Made by a program: the position numbers and the translations under genes
NCBI GenBank assembly: GCA_040386275.1
Contig: JAZKFU010000009.1
Span: 22,367-86,366, forward strand
Source: Patescibacteria group bacterium
Lineage (GTDB): Bacteria > Patescibacteriota > Minisyncoccia > Phycocordibacterales > UBA918
Reading direction: 5' to 3'
DNA: 64,000 nucleotides
Shown: piece after piece, positions 17,415 to 26,505 of the stretch
Layout of the letters: each line of letters opens with the position of its first letter
Numbering within the stretch: position 1 is the first letter of the stretch
Notes under the pieces: generated by a model
Seen by the model: the letters and a program-made list of their open reading frames with translations, nothing else
The model's database searches: none
What the model was told of the DNA's origin: nothing

Positions 17415-17453
17415 ATTAAAAGAAGCGCCCCATACAGGGACGCTTCTTTCTTT

Positions 17454-17963
17454 TTATTTTCGAACGTAGTCTACCCACTGAAACGATAGTCCTGCGTGTT
17501 CTTGAATGGGGTGTTCGGTAGCAATTGTAAAATCACTTTCGAACTCGGGGAAGGTTGTGTCACCCTCAGCATCATCGTTATAGAGTGTTAGGTAAATTTT
17601 ATCGACATAGGGAAGCGCTTGTTCGTACATCTGCGCCCCTCCACCAATATGAATTTCACTCGGGTTTTCTTTGGAGGCTACGGTAAATGCTTCCTCAAGT
17701 GAGGTGGTCGTGGTAGCTCCTGGGTAGGAGTAGCTTGCGTCACGCGTCACAATGATATTGGTTCTGCCTGGTAATGGTTTGCCTAAAATAGCAATAATCG
17801 ATTCAAAGGTTTTTCTACCCATAATGATAGGGTGGCCCAGGGTCAGAGCTTTAAAGCGTCGCAAATCGGCAGGGACGTGCCAGAGGAGGTCATTTCCTTG
17901 GCCAATGGCTCGTGTATGGCGACCCATGCCAGCCACGATAATAACGGGTGTATTGTGAGTCAT
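17454..17963 (-). CDS. folA: dihydrofolate reductase
   Basis: IGQGNDLLWHVPADL, IMGRKTFES, PLPGRTNI, IGGG, GDTTFP. Confidence 0.95.
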   Translation of the reverse strand: MTHNTPVIIVAGMGRHTRAIGQGNDLLWHVPADLRRFKALTLGHPIIMGRKTFESIIAILGKPLPGRTNIIVTRDASYSYPGATTTTSLEEAFTVASKENPSEIHIGGGAQMYEQALPYVDKIYLTLYNDDAEGDTTFPEFESDFTIATEHPIQEHAGLSFQWVDYVRK

Positions 17964-18001
17964 ATTAGACTGCAGTATACTACGAGAAATAAAAAATCAA
18001 T

Positions 18002-18541
18002 ATGGCAATAAATGCAGGCATTTTTGGAGACAAGACCAGTTTTGACCACCGGTATATTCCTGACCACGACAAGCTTGAAACTTCAGTAAAGCTTTGGAAA
18101 CAACTGGGATTAAAAATTGTTCTTACCTCAGGTACCTTTGATTTATTTCATATTGGCCACGCGCAGTATTTAGAGAAAGCAAAAGAGCTCGGGGACGTCT
18201 TGATTGTGGGGGTAGACAGTGATGCTCGGGTAAAAAAGCGAAAAGGTCCTGATCGTCCGGTAGTACCAGACTCGGAACGAGTACTTATTTTATCGCACGT
18301 TCGGCATGTTGATGTAGTGACGATTAAAAATGTAGATGATCCGAGCAATCATTTAATTAAACTTATCAAGCCTGACGTACTTATTGTTTCTGAATCAACC
18401 AAACATGCTGATAATGAGGTGGATGAAAAAGCGCAATATTGTGGTGAAATAATAGTGCTTGAACCCCAAGCGACCACGAGTACGAGCGCCAAACTGCGTA
18501 TGATTCAAATTGGAAAAGAAGAAGGTCTCGCGCACGGTTAG
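18002..18541 (+). CDS. cytidylyl/adenylyltransferase (RfaE domain II / TagD-like)
   Basis: SGTFDLFHIGH, VGVDSD, KGPDRP, TSTS motifs. Confidence 0.88.
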   Translation: MAINAGIFGDKTSFDHRYIPDHDKLETSVKLWKQLGLKIVLTSGTFDLFHIGHAQYLEKAKELGDVLIVGVDSDARVKKRKGPDRPVVPDSERVLILSHVRHVDVVTIKNVDDPSNHLIKLIKPDVLIVSESTKHADNEVDEKAQYCGEIIVLEPQATTSTSAKLRMIQIGKEEGLAHG

Positions 18542-18542
18542 T

Positions 18543-19388
18543 ATGATTGCAATTTGTCACATTCCGGTAGTTCATCGCGGGTACTTAGATTTTGTCCGAA
18601 CGTGCGAGGCGAAGGGAGTGACAAAATTGTTTTTGGTTGATTTACAATTTCTCTCACCCTATGATGAATTTGATTACTTGGTGCGAAAGAATAGTTTGCA
18701 TGCATTATCGGCGACTGATATTAAACAGGCGCTCGAACAGTACACTAATATCCCCGTAGTAATTTTAACTGACGAAACAGTAGCCGAAGTAGAAAACGGC
18801 GACGTCGAAATTTTGATGCCAAAGGAAGATATCAGTACGTTCTTGGCAGAAAAATATTTAGCTGGTCGAACCATACAGTTTGAAAATGTTTTCTTGCGGT
18901 GGAATCGCGAAAACTTGGGAGAAACAAAAGAACCAGATGTGCAAGCAAGTGATTTGCCAGAGTTTGTAACAACTGTTTTTCATCAAGTGCTTGAAGAGGC
19001 GACAAAAAGTGCGGATTGGTGGCGGAGTGTCGGTGCGGCCTTAGTCAAAAATGGGGAAGTGATAGCGCTTGCCCATAACGACCACATGCCGTTTGAACAG
19101 CTTCCTAATGTATTTGGCGATGCTCGGGCCTTATTTAAAAAAGGTATCAACATTAACTACGCTACTTCTGCCCATGCAGAGGTCGGGGTAATTGCCGAGG
19201 CGGCTCGCAAAGGCATTTCACCCCAAGGCGCGGAATTATTTTTAACGGATTTTCCGTGCCCGTACTGTGCTCGTTTGATAGCGAAAGCTGGTGTTAAAAA
19301 AATTTATTTCCTCAAGGGATACGCGGTGTTAGAAGGAGATGAGTTTTTAAAGGGGGAAGGGGTGGAGCTGATACAAGTTGGATTATAA
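18543..19388 (+). CDS. dCMP-type deaminase with N-terminal HIGH-like (HUP) domain
   Basis: C-terminal HAE...PCPYC zinc motif; N-terminal PVVHRGY; ATG 1 nt after upstream stop. Confidence 0.85.
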   Translation: MIAICHIPVVHRGYLDFVRTCEAKGVTKLFLVDLQFLSPYDEFDYLVRKNSLHALSATDIKQALEQYTNIPVVILTDETVAEVENGDVEILMPKEDISTFLAEKYLAGRTIQFENVFLRWNRENLGETKEPDVQASDLPEFVTTVFHQVLEEATKSADWWRSVGAALVKNGEVIALAHNDHMPFEQLPNVFGDARALFKKGININYATSAHAEVGVIAEAARKGISPQGAELFLTDFPCPYCARLIAKAGVKKIYFLKGYAVLEGDEFLKGEGVELIQVGL

Positions 19389-19395
19389 AAATAAG

Positions 19396-19423
19396 GACCG
19401 AGGCGGAATGTTCCGCCTCGGTC
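19396..19423. terminator. bidirectional terminator
   Basis: gaccgaggcggaa-tg-ttccgcctcggtc. Confidence 0.7.
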
Positions 19424-19430
19424 TGATTTT

Positions 19431-20084
19431 TTAAAACTGCTCATCATGATGCAGGGCGTGCGAACGGATATACTGTTCGCGAGTCATGTCTGGTTCGTAA
19501 GCTTTCAAGTACCCGAGCAGTCGCCCGTGGTCCTTTTTCCAGCCAGCCAAATTTTTGTACACAGCCGGCCTGATTTCATCGAGACCATTGGGCTCATCAA
19601 CATTTTCATGCAGGTGACCGATGACAGTGCCGCCGTTGAAGATTGCGGAACCCCAGCGAGTGTAGTTGGCCCCACCTGTTCCTTCTGCAAAGCAGCCAAA
19701 TTTCTCCATCAAGTATCTGCGACAGCGGTTCATACCGAGCGACTCAGCGTCAGTCAGAACAGGATTTGCAGTGTGACGCTTGAGTACAATCACAAACTTT
19801 TTCGCCAACGCGCCTTGGTGACGGTTGAATCCTCCTGGGGGAATGAATGCAAAACAGCTGGCGTTGTCGAAGATGATTTCTCCTTTGAGAAGGGCGGGGT
19901 TGCAAAAGACACACCGTTCCTTTGTATTCATTCCAGCGTGCAGCATGTCGTAGAATGCACCGGGCGTATTGGTGCGTCCCAGGGCAATGACATATTCGAG
20001 TGTCAGGCCGGGAATGGTCGGCCAGCCGAATCCTTCATGAATCATCAGGGTCGGTGTATCACCGCTTGGGGAGTCTATAGACAA
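19431..20084 (-). CDS. divergent HIT-family protein
   Basis: CVFC, KRH, RWG...NGGTVIGHLHEN; probable TTG start after AGGAG (ORF track extends to 20108). Confidence 0.7.
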   Translation of the reverse strand: MSIDSPSGDTPTLMIHEGFGWPTIPGLTLEYVIALGRTNTPGAFYDMLHAGMNTKERCVFCNPALLKGEIIFDNASCFAFIPPGGFNRHQGALAKKFVIVLKRHTANPVLTDAESLGMNRCRRYLMEKFGCFAEGTGGANYTRWGSAIFNGGTVIGHLHENVDEPNGLDEIRPAVYKNLAGWKKDHGRLLGYLKAYEPDMTREQYIRSHALHHDEQF

Positions 20085-20206
20085 GTCATTTCTCCTTGCT
20101 TTGGGCAATACTACCCAGTTTCAATCTGCCGCTACAATACAACAATTTGCGTAAAAAACAAGCTTACGGTACTCTACAAATGGAAGCTCAACTTGGAGGA
20201 ATAGTA

Positions 20207-20755
20207 ATGTCTGCACTGCCTAAATCTAAGCCGATGTCTGACACTGAAGTGGTGTTATACGAAGGCATTCACAACATTGTCACTGTTATCATCGGAGAAA
20301 ATTTGTACGACCGTCGTCAAGTTATTATGAAAAATACTGGCCTACAAAGTGCAGGTGCTACTTTGTGGGGTGTGTCGGCCGGTGTCGTCGATCCATCAAC
20401 GGGTCGCAAAATGTTGTGCAAGAGCAGTATTCCTATCATGCCAGCTGATGCGGAAGTGATGGGTACTCGTATTGCTGATCGTTTCTTCAGGGTCGCAGTC
20501 GATGATTATCTCGAGCACTTTCGTTTTGAAGCTTGGTGCGAGCACAATCCTTACAATGGGGCCATGACCATTGTGCGGATGATTTGCCCGCAGGGTCCTG
20601 ATAAATGGTTGATTGGTGGCGGTATGGACAATACCGTTGAATATCGAGGGGAATTTGCTCGGATGCCGCAGTGGGCAAAAGACATCGCCTACAAAAACTT
20701 TGGCGGTTGGATTGGTACTGTAGGGGCAAACCTCGGTCCGCTTGTGACTAAATGA
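20207..20755 (+). CDS. hypothetical protein
   Basis: TTGCGT-N17-TACTCT promoter, GGAGG SD, ends at bidirectional hairpin 20762-20790. Confidence 0.7.
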   Translation: MSALPKSKPMSDTEVVLYEGIHNIVTVIIGENLYDRRQVIMKNTGLQSAGATLWGVSAGVVDPSTGRKMLCKSSIPIMPADAEVMGTRIADRFFRVAVDDYLEHFRFEAWCEHNPYNGAMTIVRMICPQGPDKWLIGGGMDNTVEYRGEFARMPQWAKDIAYKNFGGWIGTVGANLGPLVTK

Positions 20756-20799
20756 AAATACATTGGCCGCTTCAATATGAAGCGGCCAATATTTTATTT

Positions 20800-21267
20800 T
20801 TACACAACTTTCTTATAACTCAACTTCACCTTCAGACCTTCGGTGTCTTCTGCTTTTCGTACACCAGTTATTAATTGTGCGTGGAGGTGTTCGACACTAC
20901 TGCCGTTGTAGCCTCCTTCACCAAACCGCATAAAGAAACCGCCACCCGGGATTTTATATTCGTTAATGACCCAGTCCACTAAATCAAATAGTTCGATGCG
21001 ACTTTCAGGAGTGAGGTCCGACGGAACGGTAATGTGCGCTGGTTTATACACAAAAATATAGTGTTGAGTTGTCCCTTCATAGGGGCTCATGTTTTCCGTT
21101 AAAAACCAAGATTCAGTTTCTTTAAGAATTGGTTTCGGGTGGTACTGTCTAAAATGTGCCTCACAAAACGGACAGACTCCATCGGCTTCAATTTGGGCCA
21201 TTAACTTTTTTTGCTCCTCAGTTCGAGCTTCCTTGTGGTCGAGGCCAGCGTCAGGAGTAAAAGACAT
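20800..21267 (-). CDS. HIT-family nucleotide hydrolase/phosphorylase (HxHxQ type)
   Basis: CPFC, NxSPY..T..H, RFG...NGSSVEHLHAQ; starts 3 nt after thyA stop. Confidence 0.85.
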   Translation of the reverse strand: MSFTPDAGLDHKEARTEEQKKLMAQIEADGVCPFCEAHFRQYHPKPILKETESWFLTENMSPYEGTTQHYIFVYKPAHITVPSDLTPESRIELFDLVDWVINEYKIPGGGFFMRFGEGGYNGSSVEHLHAQLITGVRKAEDTEGLKVKLSYKKVV

Positions 21268-21270
21268 ACT

Positions 21271-22185
21271 TTATATAGCCACTGGAATATCCTTCATCGC
21301 CTCACCGGCATGATAATCATCTCCGAGGGTGAAGTCAGTGTTACGGAATTCGGTAAAGGTGGTGGTTGGATTATCGAGTGTCACCGTTGGGAATGGGAAG
21401 GTTTCGCGCTTAAGGAATTCCTCTACCTTTGGAATTTGGTCTACATAAATGTGGGCATCAGAAATAGTGTGGATGTACTCACCAACTTCATAGCCGGTTA
21501 CTTGCGCCAGCATCATGGTGAGGGCAGCATACTGAATCATGTTAGACGGTACTCCAATTGGTACGTCACCTGACCGTTGGAACATATGCAAGTTTAATTT
21601 TCCGTTTAAGATACGGATATGGAGCCAGCCGTGGCAGGGGCACACCACTACTTTCTGCTGACGACCTTCAACCCGCGCGGTGTACTGCGGAACCCAGGGA
21701 GAAATAAAGTGTGTCTTTAAATGAGGTCGTTCTTTAATTTGTTGGATAATGTGCTTGAATTGATCGTATGATTCACCTTCGGCGGTAGGGAAGTCGTGAA
21801 AGGCAGCACCATATGAACCCGGACCAAGGTCGCCTTCTTCGAGTCCACGCTTGGCACACTTTTCTTTAGTGACCCAGGCTGCCCAAAACTTGCATCCGTA
21901 TTCCTCGAGTTCTTTCTGTGTTCGAGCACCATTAGCGAAACCAATAATTTCACCCACTGCCTGTTTCCAAAATCCCTTTACACTTCGTTCAGTAATCATC
22001 GGAAAACCATTGCTTAAATCAAAACGCATTGGATTAGCTCCGAATAGCGTAATGCAGTCAGTTCCGTCAGGATTTTCGGCACTGGTACCAGCTTGGCTTT
22101 GTGAACGAATCCCTTTATCTAAAATAGTTTGTAAAAGTTGCTTGTATTGGAGGTCAGGTGTGCGCTCGTTATATGGTTTCATCAT
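21271..22185 (-). CDS. thyA: thymidylate synthase, divergent
   Basis: RFDLSNGFP, LGPGSYG, PCH, FQRSGD..GVPSN..QY, DAHIY; likely start ATG 22185. Confidence 0.9.
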   Translation of the reverse strand: MMKPYNERTPDLQYKQLLQTILDKGIRSQSQAGTSAENPDGTDCITLFGANPMRFDLSNGFPMITERSVKGFWKQAVGEIIGFANGARTQKELEEYGCKFWAAWVTKEKCAKRGLEEGDLGPGSYGAAFHDFPTAEGESYDQFKHIIQQIKERPHLKTHFISPWVPQYTARVEGRQQKVVVCPCHGWLHIRILNGKLNLHMFQRSGDVPIGVPSNMIQYAALTMMLAQVTGYEVGEYIHTISDAHIYVDQIPKVEEFLKRETFPFPTVTLDNPTTTFTEFRNTDFTLGDDYHAGEAMKDIPVAI

Positions 22186-22252
22186 AGGACCTAATAATAC
22201 TGTATTTGTATATAAAGTGTAACTTTGGGAACCTGGTATACTATTTTGTAAT

Positions 22253-22678
22253 ATGCAGATACGCATAAAAAAACTAGCCCCCACCGCTATCATGCCTAGC
22301 TTTGCTCATACAAGTGATGCCGGGATGGACCTTTTTACTTTAGAGTCTATAGAAATAAGAGCGGGAACACGAATACTGATACCTACCGGTCTCTCTATGG
22401 CCATTCCGGAAGGATACGTAGGCTTAATTTGGGATAAAAGTGGTTTATCAAATAAAGGGGGATTAAAAGTTTTGGGGGGAGTTGTTGATGCGGGATATCG
22501 GGGGGAGATTTTAGTAGGGTTATTAAATACTTCAGATGCTGACTATATCTTTGAAGCTGGCCAAAAAATTGCCCAAATGATAATTCAAAAAGTTGAACAC
22601 CCAGAGTTTATAGAGGTTTCTGAGCTTGATAGCACAGAGAGGGGAAATGGGGCATTTGGAAGTACCGGTGTATACTAG
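22253..22678 (+). CDS. dut: dUTP diphosphatase (trimeric)
   Basis: DAGMDL, KSGL, GVVDAGYRGE, IAQ, RGNGAFGSTG. Confidence 0.96.
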   Translation: MQIRIKKLAPTAIMPSFAHTSDAGMDLFTLESIEIRAGTRILIPTGLSMAIPEGYVGLIWDKSGLSNKGGLKVLGGVVDAGYRGEILVGLLNTSDADYIFEAGQKIAQMIIQKVEHPEFIEVSELDSTERGNGAFGSTGVY

Positions 22679-22696
22679 TGAGATAATATTTTTGAT

Positions 22697-23389
22697 ATGA
22701 GCACGGCAAAATTAATTGTGATTGACGGTGGAGCGAACGTGGGGAAAGCGACCCAGGCGGACATGTTAATGAATCGATTAATTGCAGAAGGGTACCAAGT
22801 CGGAAAAATTGATTTTCCACGGTACAGTCAAAACTCTATTGGGCACTTTATTCGAGAATGTTTAGACGGAGAAGAAGATAAGTTTGCTGAGCTTGATCCA
22901 CGGATTGTGGCGATGGTGTACGCGATTGATCGATTTGAATCTAAAAAACAAATTGAAGAATGGATGGAAGAAGGACGTATCATTATTTTTGACCGGTACG
23001 TGAGTTCCAACATGATGCACCAGGGTGCAAAAGTGCATGACGCCGATGCTCGTGAAGAATTCTTTTCGTGGGTGGAACATTTGGAATACGATATTTTAGG
23101 ATTGCCACGACCTGATATGACGATTTATTTGGATATTCCACCCCAGGATAGTCAAAAGTTACTAGAGTACATTGAAGACATTGGTGTGACTGTAGTTGAT
23201 CCCAAAGAAAAAGATAAACTCCACCAGGCAAAGGTTTCAAAATGTGCGAGTTATCTAGCAAACACGCACAACCAATGGGTAACAGTGCCTTGTGTGACTG
23301 ATGGGGCCTTACGTCTCCGGGAAGAAATTCACGAAGAAGTGTACACTGCGGTAAAGGCCAATATTCCAGCGCCTCACGCAACGGTATAA
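22697..23389 (+). CDS. tmk: thymidylate kinase
   Basis: P-loop DGGANVGKATQ, FPRY, DRYVSS..HQG, PRPD..IYLD. Confidence 0.88.
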   Translation: MSTAKLIVIDGGANVGKATQADMLMNRLIAEGYQVGKIDFPRYSQNSIGHFIRECLDGEEDKFAELDPRIVAMVYAIDRFESKKQIEEWMEEGRIIIFDRYVSSNMMHQGAKVHDADAREEFFSWVEHLEYDILGLPRPDMTIYLDIPPQDSQKLLEYIEDIGVTVVDPKEKDKLHQAKVSKCASYLANTHNQWVTVPCVTDGALRLREEIHEEVYTAVKANIPAPHATV

Positions 23390-23540
23390 TTGAATTAAGG
23401 AGTAAAAGATGGAGAAAAAATTGCCCGGGTTTGAACCCGGGCAATTTTTTGATGGGGTGATATACTGTACTAAATATTTTTGCCTATGATTTAAGCTCCC
23501 GTACAATTTCTGAAGATTATATAAATTTTAAGTTTTAACT

Positions 23541-24809
23541 ATGCAAAATTACGATTTCATTAAAGCGCAGGATCCAGAATTGTACGCGACGTTAATTGGA
23601 GAAGAAGCTCGAGAAGCCCGGGGTATAGAATTAATCCCTAGTGAGAACTATGTTTCGCGCGCTGTCTTGGAGGCTAATGGTTCAGTATTCACGAATAAAT
23701 ATTCCGAGGGGTATCCTGGGAAGCGATACTACGGTGGGCAACAGTACACCGACATGATGGAGAGTATCACGATTGAACGTGCAAAAAAGTTATTTAAAGC
23801 AAACTATGCAAACGTGCAGCCATTAGGAGGAGCGGCCGCTAACGTAGCGATGTACTTTGCGCTTATGGAACCAGGAGACACCGTATTAGGTATGGACCTG
23901 AGTCACGGTGGACACCTTACCCACGGTCACCCTACGACAGCAATTAACAAAGTCTTTAACTTTGTCCGCTACAAAATGAAGGACGTTGATACGGGAGAAA
24001 TTGATTATGAAGCATTGCGACAGACTGCACTTGAACATAAGCCAAAAATTATTTTGGCAGGATTTTCTGCGTATTGTCGCGAGCTTGATTACCAAAAATT
24101 TGTTGATATCGCGCGTGAAGTAGGAGCGTACGCGGTAGCCGACGTAGCGCATATTACCGGACTGATTGCCGGAGGGGTAGCCAAGAACCCGTTTGATTAT
24201 GGGTTTGATGTAATGACGATGACCACACATAAATCTCTTCGTGGTCCACGAGGAGGAATGATTGTCGTGCGCGAGAGTGAAGAGATTGCTAAAAAAATTA
24301 ACAAGGCAGTATTCCCCGGAATGCAGGGTGGGCCACACATGCATATTATTGCGGCCAAAGGAGTTGCCTTTGGTGAAGCACTAACTCCACAATTTAAAGT
24401 GTACGCAGCCCAAATTCTAAAAAATGCTAAAGCCATGGAAGCGGTCTTTAAAGCGCACAACGTACGATTGCTTTGTGGAGGAACTGATAATCACATGTTA
24501 CTGGCGGACGTGTTTGGCAGTCTTGGTATAACCGGTCAAGAAGCAGAAACTGTTTTGGATAAGGTTGGGATTACGCTTAACAAAAATATGATTGCTGATG
24601 AAACTCGTACTGCTATGGATCCTTCAGGAATTCGCTTCGGCACGCCAGCCATGACCACACGCGGCATGATGGAAGGGGAAGCCACCAAGCTCGCTGAAAT
24701 TATGATTACCACCATGAAAGCTAAAGATGATTTGGTGAAGATTAATGAGTTGCAAAATGAGGTGCAGGCTCTTTGCGAAGCGCATCCCGTCCCCGAAAAG
24801 TTCGTCTAA
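23541..24809 (+). CDS. glyA: serine hydroxymethyltransferase
   Basis: LIPSEN, NKYSEGYPGKRYYGG, GGHLTHG, TTHKSLRGPRGG. Confidence 0.97.
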   Translation: MQNYDFIKAQDPELYATLIGEEAREARGIELIPSENYVSRAVLEANGSVFTNKYSEGYPGKRYYGGQQYTDMMESITIERAKKLFKANYANVQPLGGAAANVAMYFALMEPGDTVLGMDLSHGGHLTHGHPTTAINKVFNFVRYKMKDVDTGEIDYEALRQTALEHKPKIILAGFSAYCRELDYQKFVDIAREVGAYAVADVAHITGLIAGGVAKNPFDYGFDVMTMTTHKSLRGPRGGMIVVRESEEIAKKINKAVFPGMQGGPHMHIIAAKGVAFGEALTPQFKVYAAQILKNAKAMEAVFKAHNVRLLCGGTDNHMLLADVFGSLGITGQEAETVLDKVGITLNKNMIADETRTAMDPSGIRFGTPAMTTRGMMEGEATKLAEIMITTMKAKDDLVKINELQNEVQALCEAHPVPEKFV

Positions 24810-24923
24810 AAATAGCGCATTTCTGCGTTGCAGCTGCGGCAAAACTTTACTCACCGTACAAGAAGTACGGCTCGCAAACTTTTCCTTGTGCGCCTTGAAC
24901 TGCATCTATTTTAAAACGAACTT
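24797..24923. repeat. palindromic element family B, copy 2
   Basis: Core CTCACCGTAC-N5-GTACGGCTC 24850-24873; outer IR includes the glyA stop. Confidence 0.8.
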
Positions 24924-24931
24924 CCACCCCA

Positions 24932-24987
24932 CAACGAGTCGTGAGAAGTGACATTGAGTCACTTCTCACCTTGAACTTCATCTCGTT
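24932..24987. repeat. palindromic element family C, partial copy
   Basis: gtgagaagtgac-attga-gtcacttctcac. Confidence 0.65.
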
Positions 24988-25218
24988 TAATGAATTCTAG
25001 GTCCTGTGTGATTAATGACGCCTAGGACTGTATCTATTTTTGACTCACACTGAGTTTCTGGGCAATTCTTGGAGTTTTAAATTGCTTTTATATTGGATGA
25101 TTCGGCTATGAATAAAAGCCCAAAACCAGACCCAGGGCTAGTTTTGGGCTTTTATCAAACCTTAGATTGAGATGGTAATAGGACTTGGCAATTTTAAAAA
25201 ACATGCTATAATATAACC

Positions 25219-25374
25219 AAGTGAGGGGTTAGAACTCTTCCTCTCACGCGCTCTGCTCCTTGTTGTTCCCCAAGTGCCGAGCTACACTGTCCCTCGTTAA
25301 AAAAGTTCAAACTTGTGGCTAATCTATCCCACGGCGTCCAGCTTTGTAATTCGGCAGAGTTGGACGCTTTTTTT
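25219..25374 (+). ncRNA. candidate small non-coding RNA
   Basis: TTGGCA-N16-TATAAT (extended TG) promoter, 5' hairpin, strong terminator, no ATG-led ORF inside. Confidence 0.45.
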
Positions 25375-25399
25375 ATTTTTCATACGTTATACTTACTGT

Positions 25400-26476
25400 A
25401 TGACCTTTCGGGAAATGTTTCAGCAGGTAAAACATCACTGGCTTACCGTGGCTTTTATTTTAGGATTCATCACTGATTACCTATTGCTTAATCGGATTGA
25501 TGATACGTTTGATAATGCACTCCTGTTTTTTTATGTGGTGTTAGCTTCGATTTCGATTGTATTATTGTACGGAAGTATTGCTCAAAAATTTGGCGAACGA
25601 CCCTCGGCCTTTTTTCGAAAAGTAGCTCCGATGTTAATGCAGTATTCGTTCGGAGGATTATTTTCGGGGATGCTCATTTTTTATAGTCGCAGTGGAGCGC
25701 TCTGGGCATCGTGGCCGTTTTTACTTTTATTTATTGCCGCTATTTATGGGAACGAGACGATGCGTAATCGCGGACAGCAACTGGTGTTTAACATCTTGTC
25801 TTATTTTGTGGGTTTGTTCTCGTACCTCGTGATGGTGGTGCCGGTGTTTCTCGGACGGATGGGTCCAGAAATATTTGTCGCCAGTGGATTGCTCGCACTC
25901 GTTATTGTGTATGCACTAGTGCAGCTTCTGACAAAAATTATTCCGAATTATATGTCGATGCAAACCAAGCCCATTGTCTATATGGTGTTTGGATTATTCG
26001 TGGGGTTAAATACGTTGTACTTTACGAATGTGATTCCACCGATTCCGCTCTCACTACAAGAAATACATATCGTGCACGAAGTTACGCGATTAAACGATTC
26101 AACCTACGAGCTTACCTATGAGCCTGTGGAATGGTATCGCTATGATAAAAAAATGAGTATGGTATTTCATCCATCCGAATCAGGCACTGTCGCTTGTTTT
26201 ACCAGGGTGTTTGCACCAGCAAAAATTGATACCGAGGTTTTCCATGTCTGGGAGTATCGAGATGCTGAAGGAAACTGGGTAGAGCATTATCGAAAATCAT
26301 ATGCCGTAACGGGGAAGGCAGTAAACGGCTACCGAGGTTGGACAGCACTTTCCTCAGCGCGCAATGGTGTATGGCGATGTAGTGTCGAGACTGCGCGCGG
26401 ACAAGTATTGGGTCAAAAAGAATTTACCATTGATACTTCAATACCGCCGAGTACCTTAGAAAAAAAAGTTGATTAA
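25400..26476 (+). CDS. multi-TM protein with C-terminal DUF2914-like domain
   Basis: About 8 TMs then VFAP....HVW...GYRGW...G.WRC.VET..GQVLG. Confidence 0.8.
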   Translation: MTFREMFQQVKHHWLTVAFILGFITDYLLLNRIDDTFDNALLFFYVVLASISIVLLYGSIAQKFGERPSAFFRKVAPMLMQYSFGGLFSGMLIFYSRSGALWASWPFLLLFIAAIYGNETMRNRGQQLVFNILSYFVGLFSYLVMVVPVFLGRMGPEIFVASGLLALVIVYALVQLLTKIIPNYMSMQTKPIVYMVFGLFVGLNTLYFTNVIPPIPLSLQEIHIVHEVTRLNDSTYELTYEPVEWYRYDKKMSMVFHPSESGTVACFTRVFAPAKIDTEVFHVWEYRDAEGNWVEHYRKSYAVTGKAVNGYRGWTALSSARNGVWRCSVETARGQVLGQKEFTIDTSIPPSTLEKKVD

Positions 26477-26505
26477 TTAGAATTTTTGCTATAGTCTCAA
26501 TATCT

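Noticed and set aside
19446-20204. 252-aa plus-strand ORF
   Set aside because: Antisense shadow of the HIT-like gene; no motifs
21271-22185. dCMP hydroxymethylase instead of ThyA
   Set aside because: Specificity residue is Asn (GVPSN), not Asp, and folA is adjacent
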